Below are positions 8,393-18,094 of a stretch of 40,711 nucleotides of DNA, piece by piece; positions within the stretch are counted from its first letter, which is position 1; every line of letters starts with the position of its first letter. The stretch is from positions 1 through 40,711 of the IMG/VR virus record IMGVR_UViG_3300037589_000063; one strand, written 5' to 3'. The notes beneath the pieces are model-generated. The model worked only from the letters and a program-made list of their open reading frames with translations. It was not told the DNA's origin and did not search any database. This DNA comes from a virus. Lineage: Duplodnaviria; Caudoviricetes. Made by a program: the position numbers and the translations under genes.

Positions 8393-9639
8393 CAGGTCAG
8401 CTCCGCCACTTCAACCAGCCCCGCTTCCAGGGCTGCGGGATGGCGCGGATCGTTGCGGGCAACAATGTCGAGATAGACCTCCTCGACCCGTGACGGCGTG
8501 TCGCCGGCGACGTGCAAGGCCAGTTGCCATGCGTCAAGGCTTCGCGCCGACCGGAACACCAGGACTTCCGGCAGGCGACCGATGACCTCGTTGATGTCCG
8601 ACACGATCGCCGCCTGCAGATCGCGCGCCTGGCGAACCATCGCCGAGGTTTCCGCCTGGAAGAGCGTGCCTCCGAAGCCTTCCAGGCTGACGACAAGGGC
8701 ATCGAGCGCGTCCAGGGTGGATCCGCGAAACGACAACGCCTCGCGCCTCGACGCGAAGGCCACATAGGCCGCCTGCATTGTGCCCTGTGCAAGGAACTGT
8801 GCCGCAGCTCCGGTGAGCAACGCCCGGTCGCCATCCGAGGGCGCATCGTTTGCGGAGCTGATCAGGCTTTCGGCGATCGAGCGGCTGATCATGGTGAGGC
8901 TTTCCGGAGAGGCATCCTGCGAAACATCTGCCTCGGCGGCGGGCGCGACGGCCGGGGCAAGAGTGGCTTCGGCGAACCTCTCGGCGGATGCCCCGATCCA
9001 TTGCGCGAACTCGACCGGGGTCCCCGGCGTCGACTTGAGCAAGGCGAACCGGAGCTCGGGCAGAAACGCCGCCGCTCCTGTCGGCGAGGTCTGCGCCGCG
9101 ATCGCGGATGAAACGATGCGTGCGGAACGGGTCACTGCCGCAGCTCGCGTTGCCGAGATCACGCGATTGCCGACCGACGACATCAGAAGGGATGCGAGCG
9201 AGACGATGGACGATATGACAGAAGCCGTCGAGAACAGCGCCGGACCTGCCGGCCTGCCTGTACCCACCTTCTTGAACCGGGCGCTGATCCTGACCACCCG
9301 CAGCTCGCGAGAGGAGAACGAGATCAGCGCCGGCTCGTCCATGATGACCGTCATCGGGCCAAGCCAGGGATGCATCAGGGTGGCCGGACCGGCGGTCTCG
9401 AAGGCGCGCTGCAACTGTGCGGCCCGCGCTGTGTAATCGTCTCCGATGATCAGGGCTTCGATGCTGACCAGGTTCGGCAGCACTCCGAAATCGTCATAGG
9501 CGGCTTCATCGACGCCGGGAAACAGGTATTCCAGAACTCTGCGACCGGGCTCGCTCGATGTGTCCAGGACATGAAACCCGACGCCACGAAAGGACGCAGG
9601 CAGCAGGCCCGGCAAGGTGTCGAGACTGTCAAACCGCAT
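8392..9639 (-). CDS. DNA circularization protein gp43 (Mu N)
   Basis: LLPASFRGVGF, GRR....FPG, G.ATLMHPWLG, and C-terminal RN..RHP. Confidence 0.92.
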   Translation of the reverse strand: MRFDSLDTLPGLLPASFRGVGFHVLDTSSEPGRRVLEYLFPGVDEAAYDDFGVLPNLVSIEALIIGDDYTARAAQLQRAFETAGPATLMHPWLGPMTVIMDEPALISFSSRELRVVRISARFKKVGTGRPAGPALFSTASVISSIVSLASLLMSSVGNRVISATRAAAVTRSARIVSSAIAAQTSPTGAAAFLPELRFALLKSTPGTPVEFAQWIGASAERFAEATLAPAVAPAAEADVSQDASPESLTMISRSIAESLISSANDAPSDGDRALLTGAAAQFLAQGTMQAAYVAFASRREALSFRGSTLDALDALVVSLEGFGGTLFQAETSAMVRQARDLQAAIVSDINEVIGRLPEVLVFRSARSLDAWQLALHVAGDTPSRVEEVYLDIVARNDPRHPAALEAGLVEVAELT

Positions 9640-9642
9640 GGC

Positions 9643-12099
9643 CTAGACCCTCCCGACGATGCGGCCGTTGTTTCCGACTTTGACCGCCTTGTTGTCGGTG
9701 GTGGCCGAGGTCACCTTGCCTGGCCCGTCAACCTTGATGGTCACATTGACATTGGCCTTGCTCTCGCCATCGAGCGCGCCGCGCGGGGGCAGCATGTTGT
9801 TGTTGGCGGGCAACATGGTCTTGGTCTTGAAGGGCAGTTTTGGCGGACCATTCAGGTAGTCATCCATGGCAGCGTCACGGTCACTCCCATCTTCCGATGA
9901 TCCTGCCGGAGTGCCGTTCGGGAGAATTTCTCCCGGCTTTGCTACAGGCCCGCCCGAACTGCCGTTCTTGAACCAGTCGATCAGCGAGGCCAGCCTTTCA
10001 AGCGTGCTGAGAATGTTGGCTCCTGGCAGAAGGCCGCTCCAGTCGATCTTTATGTTCGACCATTCGGCGAGATCCGCGAGTTTCTCCGCGAGGTCGGCGA
10101 TTGCATCCGCCATTTTCCTCACCAGATCGACCGCGAGACCGAACGCACCGCCGGAGAGATCACCCAGCAGCCCGAACACGCTGCGCACCTTGCCATCGTT
10201 GATGTCTCCGAAGTCGTAGAGGGCCGTGACGATCCGCCGGATGGCATCGGCGAAGCGTCCCAGGGACTTGGCGATGCCTCCGACGTCATCACCGATATCG
10301 AAGATGTAGGGTTTTGCTCCAGCGCCGAATGCCGTCAGAGCATCCCATCCGGTCTTGATGCCCTTCAATGCCGTATCCAGCGCCTCGAACGCCGCCAGCT
10401 TGGCGTCGTCGATCTTCAACGCCGACAGATCGAGATCAAGATCGAGACCCTTCGCAAAACCTTTGAAGAAGGTTTGAAGGTTGTTCCAGCCACCCTTGAT
10501 GTCCGCCCAGGCGGTGTTCATTCCGCTCCGGATGGTCGGCCCGAAACGTCCGGCAAATTCGCGACCGGCCGAGACGATCCGCCTGCCGCCGTCCCGCACT
10601 CCGTCAGCGAGTTCGAAAAAGCCCCGTTTGGCACGATCCCAGAGCCTGGTCACACGCGGGCTATAGGTCGCCCAGTTCTTGTAGATGTGTACCGCGCCGG
10701 CCGCGATGCCCGCCAGCAACAGGCCGACCGGACTGATCAGGGCCAGAAGTGCGGAAAACCCGACACCGACGATGGGCAGAATGATCCCGAGAGCACCAAG
10801 GCCGGCTGCGATCAGGACGGCCGCACCAGCGAAGCTCAAGGCCTGGCGCACCATGCCGCCGGTGCTTTCGTCCAGTTCGCGCATCCATTTCAAGCCGTCT
10901 GCAAGCTTCTCGTTGATCATCGGCAACCATGCGCCAAAGGCAAGGCCGACCTCCCGGATGCCCTGTTTGCCGATTTCCCGGAATGTGATGAGCTGCCGGT
11001 TGAGCCCTTCCATCTGGGTGTCGAAATCTTCATCGATCATCGCGCCGGTCGCCTTGGCGACCTCGTCCTTGATCCGCTTGTATTCTTCGACATTGCCGAG
11101 GAACGGGATGAGGAAGTCCATGACTTGGACGTCCTGGAACAATTCGCCGAGCGCGCCTGCGCCATGGATCTTCTCCAGCTGCTCCCGAACATACCCAAGC
11201 GCTTCCGCGCCTTCGAGACCGTTGGCCTTGGCCGACTGCATCAGCTTCTCGATCTCCGTCCCGGAAACACCCGAGAGCTTGACGATCTTCTGCATGACGG
11301 CTTCGACCGGGTTGATCCCCTTGACCGCCGCATCGCGCATGACGGCCTCGATGTCGACGCCGGCCTTCGCGAAGTTCTTGATGGTCTGGGGAGACAGAAC
11401 CTTCGAAAGGAAGTTCTTCAGGTTGTTCGCGGCCTCCGCCGGATCCGAGGTTCCCTTGCGGGCAATCTGCAAGGCTGCGCCGAGGAAGTTGACCGCCTCC
11501 CGGCCGGTGACGCCGAACTTCGCCATCTGGCTGGTGAGGGTCGGGAAGTAGCGCGCCATGTCCTTGAGCTCGAACGCGCCCTCCTTGCCGGCGACCACAA
11601 GGCCACCCAGCGCATCATCAAGTTGATCGGCGGGAAGCTTCAGGGTCTGCAGCAATGATGTCGCGACCTTCGACATGTCGGAGAATTCGGCATTCGCCGC
11701 CGTTGCGGCGCGACCGATGCTACCGATCGAGGCGTCAACCAGGGCCTCATTGACGCCGGCAGCGATCATCTCGCCTGCTCCAGCCGCGATAACGTCGGAG
11801 TACTGACCGACGCTCAGCGCCAGATCCTCGAACTTACCCTTGGCCTGGTCGACGAAGTCGAACGCCGCCTGCCCGGACAGATTGGCCGTTCCCGCGATGT
11901 CGAGGAGCTGTTGCTGGAAGGCCGCCGCCTGGTTGATCGGCCCCATGAAGGAGATTGCCGCGATCGCGGTTCCGACGATGCCGATGCTGCGCGCCACGTT
12001 GCCGAGTGATCTCAGACCGGCTGTCAAACGGCGGAGCGGGCTCGACAGCATGTCCTTCATGCGAACGATGACGTCGAGGTTCATGTTGCGATTGGACAT
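9643..12099 (-). CDS. Tail tape measure protein
   Basis: 818-aa Ala/Gly-rich protein with AGKEGAFELKDMA.YFP and EAANNLKNFLSK motifs. Follows the tail chaperone. Confidence 0.93.
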   Translation of the reverse strand: MSNRNMNLDVIVRMKDMLSSPLRRLTAGLRSLGNVARSIGIVGTAIAAISFMGPINQAAAFQQQLLDIAGTANLSGQAAFDFVDQAKGKFEDLALSVGQYSDVIAAGAGEMIAAGVNEALVDASIGSIGRAATAANAEFSDMSKVATSLLQTLKLPADQLDDALGGLVVAGKEGAFELKDMARYFPTLTSQMAKFGVTGREAVNFLGAALQIARKGTSDPAEAANNLKNFLSKVLSPQTIKNFAKAGVDIEAVMRDAAVKGINPVEAVMQKIVKLSGVSGTEIEKLMQSAKANGLEGAEALGYVREQLEKIHGAGALGELFQDVQVMDFLIPFLGNVEEYKRIKDEVAKATGAMIDEDFDTQMEGLNRQLITFREIGKQGIREVGLAFGAWLPMINEKLADGLKWMRELDESTGGMVRQALSFAGAAVLIAAGLGALGIILPIVGVGFSALLALISPVGLLLAGIAAGAVHIYKNWATYSPRVTRLWDRAKRGFFELADGVRDGGRRIVSAGREFAGRFGPTIRSGMNTAWADIKGGWNNLQTFFKGFAKGLDLDLDLSALKIDDAKLAAFEALDTALKGIKTGWDALTAFGAGAKPYIFDIGDDVGGIAKSLGRFADAIRRIVTALYDFGDINDGKVRSVFGLLGDLSGGAFGLAVDLVRKMADAIADLAEKLADLAEWSNIKIDWSGLLPGANILSTLERLASLIDWFKNGSSGGPVAKPGEILPNGTPAGSSEDGSDRDAAMDDYLNGPPKLPFKTKTMLPANNNMLPPRGALDGESKANVNVTIKVDGPGKVTSATTDNKAVKVGNNGRIVGRV

Positions 12100-12136
12100 G
12101 GGAATGGCTCCGCCGCGCCTGGATCGGCTTATCCCG

Positions 12137-12183
12137 AACCTATCGCGCGCGCGAAGCCGGATCGATGCCCGTAAAGGCGGGCA
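12137..12183 (-). promoter_or_regulatory. Late promoter: dyad plus -10 (TAGGTT) upstream of the tape measure gene
   Basis: ATGCCCGT-aaag-GCGGGCA at 12165-12183, 22 bp from AACCTA at 12137-12142. Confidence 0.75.
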
Positions 12184-12186
12184 TCG

Positions 12187-12348
12187 TCAGGATTTGGGGG
12201 AAGATTCCTCGCGCCAGGCCATCACGCAGTTCCACCAGAAGATGGCGCGGGAGACGTCGAAGCTTTCTATCTCCGACGCCGAAAACCCGGTTCCGTCAGC
12301 CAAAGCGCCGAGGATTATCGGCCAGTTCTCGGGCCACTGGACAAAAAA
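12187..12348 (-). CDS. -1 frameshift extension of the tail assembly chaperone (P2 gpE'/lambda GT-like)
   Basis: Slippery T-TTT-TTG at 12348-12342. The -1 frame reads FFVQWPENWPIILGALADGTGFSASEIESFDVSRAIFWWNCVMAWREESSPKS* and has no obvious independent start near its 5' end. Confidence 0.8.
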   Translation of the reverse strand, partial: FFVQWPENWPIILGALADGTGFSASEIESFDVSRAIFWWNCVMAWREESSPKS

Positions 12349-12791
12349 TGGTTGAGCACCCGGCCGGCATAGTTGATGTCGGACGCATCGAGCCGGTCAA
12401 ACAGCGCGTTCATCACCGCCTGGTTGATGCGTGTCGAGCGTGCGAAGGACACCACGGCCATGTCCTTGTCCTCGGCCGCTGCAATGGCGCGCTGGTCAGC
12501 ACCGAGAAGCCGGTGGAAGGTCAGATCCTTGAACACCCGCTCGCGGATCTTGCCGTCCTTCTTCGACTTGAGGGTCACCTCGCGGTAGAGCGGAAGCGTC
12601 ACGGACCCGTCATCGTTCTTGATCGCGTGTCTGGGCAGCTTGTCGAGCGGATCGACGTCCTCGTCGACCACGCCATCCTCGACCTGGTCGATCGCAGCAG
12701 GCCCGTCCTCGTTGACGATCACGTCGTCGCCGGCGGTGGCTACGTCCTCGTCGAGATCGATCTCGATATCCTTGCCATGCTTGCCGCTCAT
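12315..12791 (-). CDS. Tail assembly chaperone (gp41-like)
   Basis: Lies between the tube and tape measure genes; LTFHRL.GAD.RAI...FDRLDASD. Confidence 0.85.
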   Translation of the reverse strand: MSGKHGKDIEIDLDEDVATAGDDVIVNEDGPAAIDQVEDGVVDEDVDPLDKLPRHAIKNDDGSVTLPLYREVTLKSKKDGKIRERVFKDLTFHRLLGADQRAIAAAEDKDMAVVSFARSTRINQAVMNALFDRLDASDINYAGRVLNHFLSSGPRTGR

Positions 12792-13153
12792 GCCAGGATC
12801 TCCTCAGGCGCGGAAGCTGCCCATTTGAGTTCGATCTTGCCGCCTTCGCCGCCAGTGATCTCCGGAATGTCGCCCTCCAGGAAGGCGTCATACATGACGA
12901 AGGTCTGGCCGGTGTCGCAGACAACCTGCAATTCGCCTTCGCCGGGATCCCACGTGTTGCCCCAGCGCTGGCCCGCTTCCAGCTCGGTTGTCGCCATCAC
13001 TTCGGAGCCCTGGAACTCCTGGGCGCGGCCGACCTTGCGGCCATAGGTGACCGCGTTGTTCTTGATACCGCCGACGCGGAACTTCGCGCCTTTCTCGACG
13101 GGGATGTTTCGCCCCCGCCAGACGATATCGACGATGCCTAGAACCTGTGTCAT
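12788..13153 (-). CDS. Tail tube protein (Mu M)
   Basis: 121 aa after the sheath gene; CDTGQT and GGKIELKW motifs. Confidence 0.88.
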   Translation of the reverse strand: MTQVLGIVDIVWRGRNIPVEKGAKFRVGGIKNNAVTYGRKVGRAQEFQGSEVMATTELEAGQRWGNTWDPGEGELQVVCDTGQTFVMYDAFLEGDIPEITGGEGGKIELKWAASAPEEILA

Positions 13154-13167
13154 CGGTTAGTCCTTTC

Positions 13168-14655
13168 TCAGACCTGGAATTCGAGAGCGCCGGCGAAGAC
13201 CATCAGATTGCCGACGATCTGGACCTGCTGGCGGCTTTCCATGCGATTGCGATCATCCGCCGACCGGGTGAAGACGCTTTCCTTGACGGTGCGCGCGACG
13301 TCCTCGATCCAGACCTTGTCCGCATAGAGCTTGCAGCGCGCGGCCCACGAGCCCTTCATGCGCTGCGGCGTCACGACAGCCGTGCCGGGATCCTCGTCAT
13401 TGTCGTGCCGGCTGGCGAAGGAGGCTGCGCTGTTGTCGTCGACCAGCTTGGAACGCGGATACATCAGCGAGATATAGGCGCTCCAGTCATAGCGAATGCG
13501 GCTCATGGTGGCGGGCACCATGACGTCGAGCCAGGCGCGATCGGCGACGCCGAGATTGCTGGTCTTGTAGGTTGTGATCATGCGACTGATCGTGACCGTT
13601 CCATCCGAGAGGCAATCGAAGGTCGAGATACCGGTCCGGAGCAGCAGATCGTTTTCATCGTCGATGAACTGATCGGCGGTTTCCGGAGCTTCCACGCCGG
13701 GCATGATCAGCGAGCGCAGCTGACGCGCCGGATCGTTGTTGAGGTGGAATGCCGCCAGACCACAGGCGACGGCTGCGATCGCCCAGGAGCTGGTCGGGCT
13801 CTTGTTCAAGCCGCCGGCGGTGAGGAAGGCGCTGTTGGTCAGCGCACCGAATGTGGCGAGCTGGCCATAGGTGCCACCCTTGAAGACGAAGCCGTGACAA
13901 TCGAGTTTGGAGGTTGCCAGATAGCGCACCCGCAGGAACTCCGCGGTTGCCGCCATGTTGGTGGCGTCGTTCCAGGGATGCGTGATCTTGGTGAACCAGG
14001 TGTTGGTCATCAGGTCCAGTGCATCCTGGACATCGGGATTGCCCGCGCCTCCCGCCATGGGCGCAATTGCGACAGCCAGGCCCGAGGGCAGCGGCTGCGC
14101 CCTGGTGTCGACCTTGAGGTTGATCTCGTTGCCGACCTCGCCGCCATGCCGCGCGGTCACCGTGACAACGCCAAGTGCCGAGGCTGCGGTCGCAACCATG
14201 TCGAGATCCGCGTTGATGGCGGCCGCCAGCTTGGTGGCAAGCGCAGTCACGTTGTCGGTGGTAAGCGCCGTGATGCGCACCTGGCGACCGCCGACCTTGA
14301 AGCGGAGAACGGTCGCTGCCGAAACCGCGCCGGTGAAGGTGAAAGTGCCGGTCGCCTTGACCGATGCGCCATCGTCAGCGAGCGCGGTGACGAACAGAGG
14401 TGTGTTGCGGTTTGCGCCCTTGAAGAAGGCGATCTGCTCGGCACCGATCGAGCCACGGCCGAAGAGAGCAATCGCCTCATCGGCGCGGGTGATCTCCACG
14501 ATCTGGCCAACGGCAAGCGTGCCGGTGTCGAGCTTCTGGCCGATGATGCAGACCTTCTCCGGATAGGGCAGCAGGCCGGTGTTGCGATAGTTCGGCTTGA
14601 TTTCCAGAAGGGTCGCCGGCTCCAGGCGATCAACGGGGATTTCGTTGAAGTCCAT
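13168..14655 (-). CDS. Tail sheath protein (Mu L)
   Basis: FNEIP, LFGRGS, TARHGGEVGN, DPARQL, and LL..GISTF motifs. Confidence 0.95.
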   Translation of the reverse strand: MDFNEIPVDRLEPATLLEIKPNYRNTGLLPYPEKVCIIGQKLDTGTLAVGQIVEITRADEAIALFGRGSIGAEQIAFFKGANRNTPLFVTALADDGASVKATGTFTFTGAVSAATVLRFKVGGRQVRITALTTDNVTALATKLAAAINADLDMVATAASALGVVTVTARHGGEVGNEINLKVDTRAQPLPSGLAVAIAPMAGGAGNPDVQDALDLMTNTWFTKITHPWNDATNMAATAEFLRVRYLATSKLDCHGFVFKGGTYGQLATFGALTNSAFLTAGGLNKSPTSSWAIAAVACGLAAFHLNNDPARQLRSLIMPGVEAPETADQFIDDENDLLLRTGISTFDCLSDGTVTISRMITTYKTSNLGVADRAWLDVMVPATMSRIRYDWSAYISLMYPRSKLVDDNSAASFASRHDNDEDPGTAVVTPQRMKGSWAARCKLYADKVWIEDVARTVKESVFTRSADDRNRMESRQQVQIVGNLMVFAGALEFQV

Positions 14656-14850
14656 TTACTTGTCTCCTTCAGACCCTTCGGGCGTCTTCTTCGAAGTTGC
14701 CCTGGGCTTGACGATCAGGTCGCCATCGGCGAGCCGGCGGCGGGTGAACAGCGTGCCCGGATCTTCCAGGCCTTCCTTCGGCCAGGGCGAACCGTCCTCC
14801 AGATGGACGGTGCGGCCCTCGGCAGCGATCAGGGTGTCTTTCTTCGCCAT
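14656..14850 (-). CDS. gp38-like protein (DUF2635)
   Basis: GRTV...DG..WP..G and RRRLADGDL motifs; directly before the sheath gene. Confidence 0.85.
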   Translation of the reverse strand: MAKKDTLIAAEGRTVHLEDGSPWPKEGLEDPGTLFTRRRLADGDLIVKPRATSKKTPEGSEGDK

Positions 14851-14853
14851 GCG

Positions 14854-15453
14854 TCAGGTCTCCTGTGGCGGCGTGAGTTCGTCGGTGAGTGTGAGGGCCA
14901 CCTTGCTGGCGTCCGGGTCGTCTGGAGCCACTTCCCAGGTGATGCCGAGCGCCTTGAAGTCATCGACGGTCATCAGCCCGAGCGGTGCCGGCGTGGTCGC
15001 GAACGAGAAAGTGAAGTCGATCTGGGCAATGGCGATATCGTCGTCGCTCCAGCCGTCGGCGATGACCGAGTTGGCGAGCGTGACGGCGGTGTGGCCCTGG
15101 TCTTCGAAGCTGACACCCTGCAGCAGCACCATGGCGACGTCGATCATGGCGTCGAGCCCGATGCCTTTGGTGTCCCCCTTGAAGCGGGCTTCAAGGCCGC
15201 TTGAAGCCTTATAGATCAGAACCAGCCGCCATTGCATCACGCCCTTGAGCATCCGCCCGCTGGCCGGATCCGGCCTCATGCCTGTCCACGCCAGACCGAT
15301 GAACGGAGACGACTTGGAAAGACGCTTGAACTCATTGATGCTGAGCACCTGGGGAATACGCTCGATCGCAAATGTCCTTTCCGGGAAGGCCAGGCGGAGG
15401 CGCTCGATGATCAGCGGTTCCTGGCTGCGGATTGGGGTGAGCGAGAGATCCAT
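14854..15453 (-). CDS. gp37-like tail terminator/connector protein
   Basis: Synteny between gp36 and gp38; coupled stop/start. Confidence 0.7.
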   Translation of the reverse strand: MDLSLTPIRSQEPLIIERLRLAFPERTFAIERIPQVLSINEFKRLSKSSPFIGLAWTGMRPDPASGRMLKGVMQWRLVLIYKASSGLEARFKGDTKGIGLDAMIDVAMVLLQGVSFEDQGHTAVTLANSVIADGWSDDDIAIAQIDFTFSFATTPAPLGLMTVDDFKALGITWEVAPDDPDASKVALTLTDELTPPQET

Positions 15454-15887
15454 CAGAAGCCTCGCAGACCGTCACGCGACATGATGCGATCGCGATCGGA
15501 CATGCGCGGTCCGGACCCGACTGCCGACCCGGCAGTCGCGGCCGCCGGCACGTCAAGGTGGATCAGTTCCTTGGCGATGTTCTCAAGCCAGGTGATCACA
15601 TCCTTGCGGGACTTGGCCATCTCCTCGCTGGGATCCGTGTGTTCGCCCTGGGCAAGGTCATAGCGCGCCAGGATACAGGCGGCGCGAACGATCTCTTTCG
15701 GCGGATTGGCGATCGGGACCAGGTAGCGCCCACGCACATAGCCGTCGATCACCGCCGTCGCGTCAAGCAGCGCGGTGTCGATCTTGACCTCGTCCACGGT
15801 CTCGGCGGTGCGATCCTCGGGCCGGGAAAGCCGGAGCATCTGGGTCTCGCCAAAACGTGCGATCATGTCTGCTACGGTTGCGTACAC
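15453..15887 (-). CDS. gp36 head-tail adaptor (DUF1320)
   Basis: YAT..DM..RFGE, ALLDA.A.IDGY..GRY..P, and C.LARY.L motifs. Confidence 0.92.
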   Translation of the reverse strand: MYATVADMIARFGETQMLRLSRPEDRTAETVDEVKIDTALLDATAVIDGYVRGRYLVPIANPPKEIVRAACILARYDLAQGEHTDPSEEMAKSRKDVITWLENIAKELIHLDVPAAATAGSAVGSGPRMSDRDRIMSRDGLRGF

Positions 15888-15958
15888 GGGTGGTTCCTAA
15901 GGTGGTTGGTTCGACCGGCCCGGTGAGCCGGCCGAAACTTCAATCAGGTTTCAGCTTC

Positions 15959-16213
15959 TCAGCAGGGGCGCCAGCGAAAGCCGAGGGACTGGCCGTCGGT
16001 CTGATAGCTGTCACGATAGACAGGCTTGAGAGAGCCGATCACCCGAACCGCCACAAGCTTCACCCGCTCGACCACGCGCCACAGATATGGCGAGGCATCT
16101 TTGATCAGGTCATTGACCAGGCGGATGGCAAAGTTGACGGCGACGACAGCCCCGACGGCTGCATGTCCGATCAGTAGGCCGACGGCCAGGAAGATGCTGT
16201 AGTGCTTTGTCAT
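15959..16213 (-). CDS. Small hypothetical protein with hydrophobic N-terminus
   Basis: 84-aa ORF with a purine-rich RBS (GAAGGAAAGAGC-ATG) filling the gap between gp35 and gp36. Confidence 0.55.
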   Translation of the reverse strand: MTKHYSIFLAVGLLIGHAAVGAVVAVNFAIRLVNDLIKDASPYLWRVVERVKLVAVRVIGSLKPVYRDSYQTDGQSLGFRWRPC

Positions 16214-16285
16214 GCTCTTTCCTTCAGTGTTGGAGCGGGGTGGCGGCGCGCCGGATCGCCCGACGCCCGGGCTCTCGCTCGGGGG

Positions 16286-16702
16286 TTATTTCTTCGCCGT
16301 GGCGGCTTTCTTCTCGGCCGGCTTTTCGAGCTCGGCGATCTTGTCGGTGGCGGCCTGAAGCTTCTTGCCGAGATCCTCGGCAGCCTTCTCGGCATTGGCC
16401 TTTATGGTGGCGGTCTTGTCGTCGACCGCTTCCTTGACGGCCTGCTCGAAGCTCGCCTGCAGCTCGGCGGCCTTTGCCTTCACCCGCTTGTCGACTTCCG
16501 CCTGGACGGCGAGCTCAAAGTCCGTGTCCGTTTTCACGTTCTCCATCGCATCATCGACGCTCCGGACGGTGAACGCGGGATCCGCGTCAAAGGCTGCCAG
16601 TTCCTTCTCGCTCCAGCGGTCTTCCTCGTAGAACGCGCTGGCCGGATGGGCGATGCCGTTGCGGCGAATGCCGGGAGAGCTGCAAATGATCTGGATCTTC
16701 AT
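16286..16702 (-). CDS. gp35-like (HI1506-like) protein with coiled-coil tail
   Basis: PGIRRNGIAH and DPAFTV motifs; follows the capsid gene. Confidence 0.8.
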   Translation of the reverse strand: MKIQIICSSPGIRRNGIAHPASAFYEEDRWSEKELAAFDADPAFTVRSVDDAMENVKTDTDFELAVQAEVDKRVKAKAAELQASFEQAVKEAVDDKTATIKANAEKAAEDLGKKLQAATDKIAELEKPAEKKAATAKK

Positions 16703-16715
16703 CGGTTCTTTCCTT

Positions 16716-16777
16716 CGGGGTTTGCCGGAGCCGTCTCGGGACGGTTCGGGAAAACCCCGCCCGGATCACCGGGCGGG
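16716..16777 (-). terminator. Overlapping terminator/anti-terminator hairpins downstream of the major capsid gene (position of the Mu-gpT-DE RNA motif)
   Basis: CCCGCCCGG-TGAT-CCGGGCGGG-GTTTT (16777-16751) overlaps a second long hairpin CGGGGTTT...AAACCCCG (16759-16716). Confidence 0.6.
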
Positions 16778-16794
16778 AATATCAAAGGCCCGCG

Positions 16795-17688
16795 TCAGCC
16801 CAGGTAGGGGATGACAACCACCTCGGCGGTCTTGGCCCAGACGTTGCTGTCACCGCCATTGACCAATTCGGCATTGATGATCTGCCGGGCCGCGCCTTCG
16901 AGTGACGGCGGTACCAGGAGCTTGGTTGGCCGGATGTTGATGATCGTGCCGTCGCGCTTGCGGATGTTCATCATGGCCGCGCGGGCGGCGGCATAGTTCT
17001 CGGCATTCAGGACAGCCTTGGACATGTGGGCGAGCTGCCAGAGACCGAAGCCCGCATTGCAGCGGCCATCGACGCCCCATTCGAACTTGCCCTTGTAGAA
17101 GACGTTCGCATCCGTTTCGTTCTGCATCGACACAAGCTTGAACGGCTTGCGGGTCTGCCAGACCATCGGCTTCATCACCTGGGTATCGTCGACCAGGTAC
17201 CAGGCGGGAGCGGCACCAGCGGTGTAGTTGGAGACGGAAGTCGCCGCACCGGCTTCATCATAACCGGGATGATCGGTGTCGAAGAAATACTGGCCATCGT
17301 AACACTTGAGCGCGTTGCCCTGCTTGAACAACGGCCAGACCAGCTGGTCGGGGAACTCGGCCGCATCCTGGCCGATCTGCGAGGCAACCGGCGCGAAGAT
17401 GCCGATCTGGTCATCCTCGATCTGGCTGCGCTTGATGCCGATCGTCTTCTCGAATTCGCGGTTGCGGATCTGGTAGGTCGATGCCGACAGATCATGAACC
17501 AGGCGATCGCCGATCCACTCACGAATGCCCGGCATGTCGTCAAGGCGCGGGTATTCGTTCATCGCCGTTGTCGAGGGCACCGTCATGGCAACGGTCGAAT
17601 AGAAAGTCGCGGCGGATCCGAACCGGGCATTGAATGCGGTCGAGAGCCCGGTGTAGATGCCGCGTAGCGTGTTGACGTTGATGTCCAT
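16795..17688 (-). CDS. Major capsid protein (Mu gpT)
   Basis: REWIGDR, N..FE.TI.I.R..IEDDQ.G, CYDGQYFFDTDHP, and G.GLWQLA motifs. Confidence 0.97.
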   Translation of the reverse strand: MDINVNTLRGIYTGLSTAFNARFGSAATFYSTVAMTVPSTTAMNEYPRLDDMPGIREWIGDRLVHDLSASTYQIRNREFEKTIGIKRSQIEDDQIGIFAPVASQIGQDAAEFPDQLVWPLFKQGNALKCYDGQYFFDTDHPGYDEAGAATSVSNYTAGAAPAWYLVDDTQVMKPMVWQTRKPFKLVSMQNETDANVFYKGKFEWGVDGRCNAGFGLWQLAHMSKAVLNAENYAAARAAMMNIRKRDGTIINIRPTKLLVPPSLEGAARQIINAELVNGGDSNVWAKTAEVVVIPYLG

Positions 17689-17697
17689 GTCAGTTCC

Positions 17698-18093
17698 TCA
17701 AAGGGTCTTCAGCCAGACGCCGTCAGCGTCGATGGCATGCAGTGTTCCGATCTGGAGATTTGCGCCGGCGGCATCGTCCAGGGTGAAGGTGTCATCGGCG
17801 CTGGCATAGACGGGGTCGCCGATGTTGGCGGCAGTCGCACCAGCCAGAACGATGTCGAAGATGCCCTTCTTGGCGTTGGCAAATTGATCGCCGGTGGCAC
17901 CCGCCGAGTTGTCGATGCGCTCCTCGGCAATGCCGACCAGGGCGACGGCGTTGACGTGCCCGGCAGGCACGGCCGCGAGAGCCGCCGTGACCCCCATGGC
18001 AGTGCCGCCGTAGATGATGACGCCGGCCAGAACCGGATAACCGTAACGGTCACCGGAGCGTTCGCGGCGGCGAATGTCGTTGGTTGCGGCCAT
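17698..18093 (-). CDS. Capsid cement/decoration protein (DUF2190-like)
   Basis: Between protease and capsid genes; G.AEE..DNS.GA.G and IG..VYAS.D.T motifs. Confidence 0.75.
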   Translation of the reverse strand: MAATNDIRRRERSGDRYGYPVLAGVIIYGGTAMGVTAALAAVPAGHVNAVALVGIAEERIDNSAGATGDQFANAKKGIFDIVLAGATAANIGDPVYASADDTFTLDDAAGANLQIGTLHAIDADGVWLKTL

Positions 18094-18094
18094 C

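Noticed and set aside
13147-15204. 685-aa + strand ORF, and similar long + strand ORFs at 34931-36943, 4992-6350 and 10474-11658
   Set aside because: Antisense shadows of well-supported phage genes in GC-rich DNA; no recognisable motifs.
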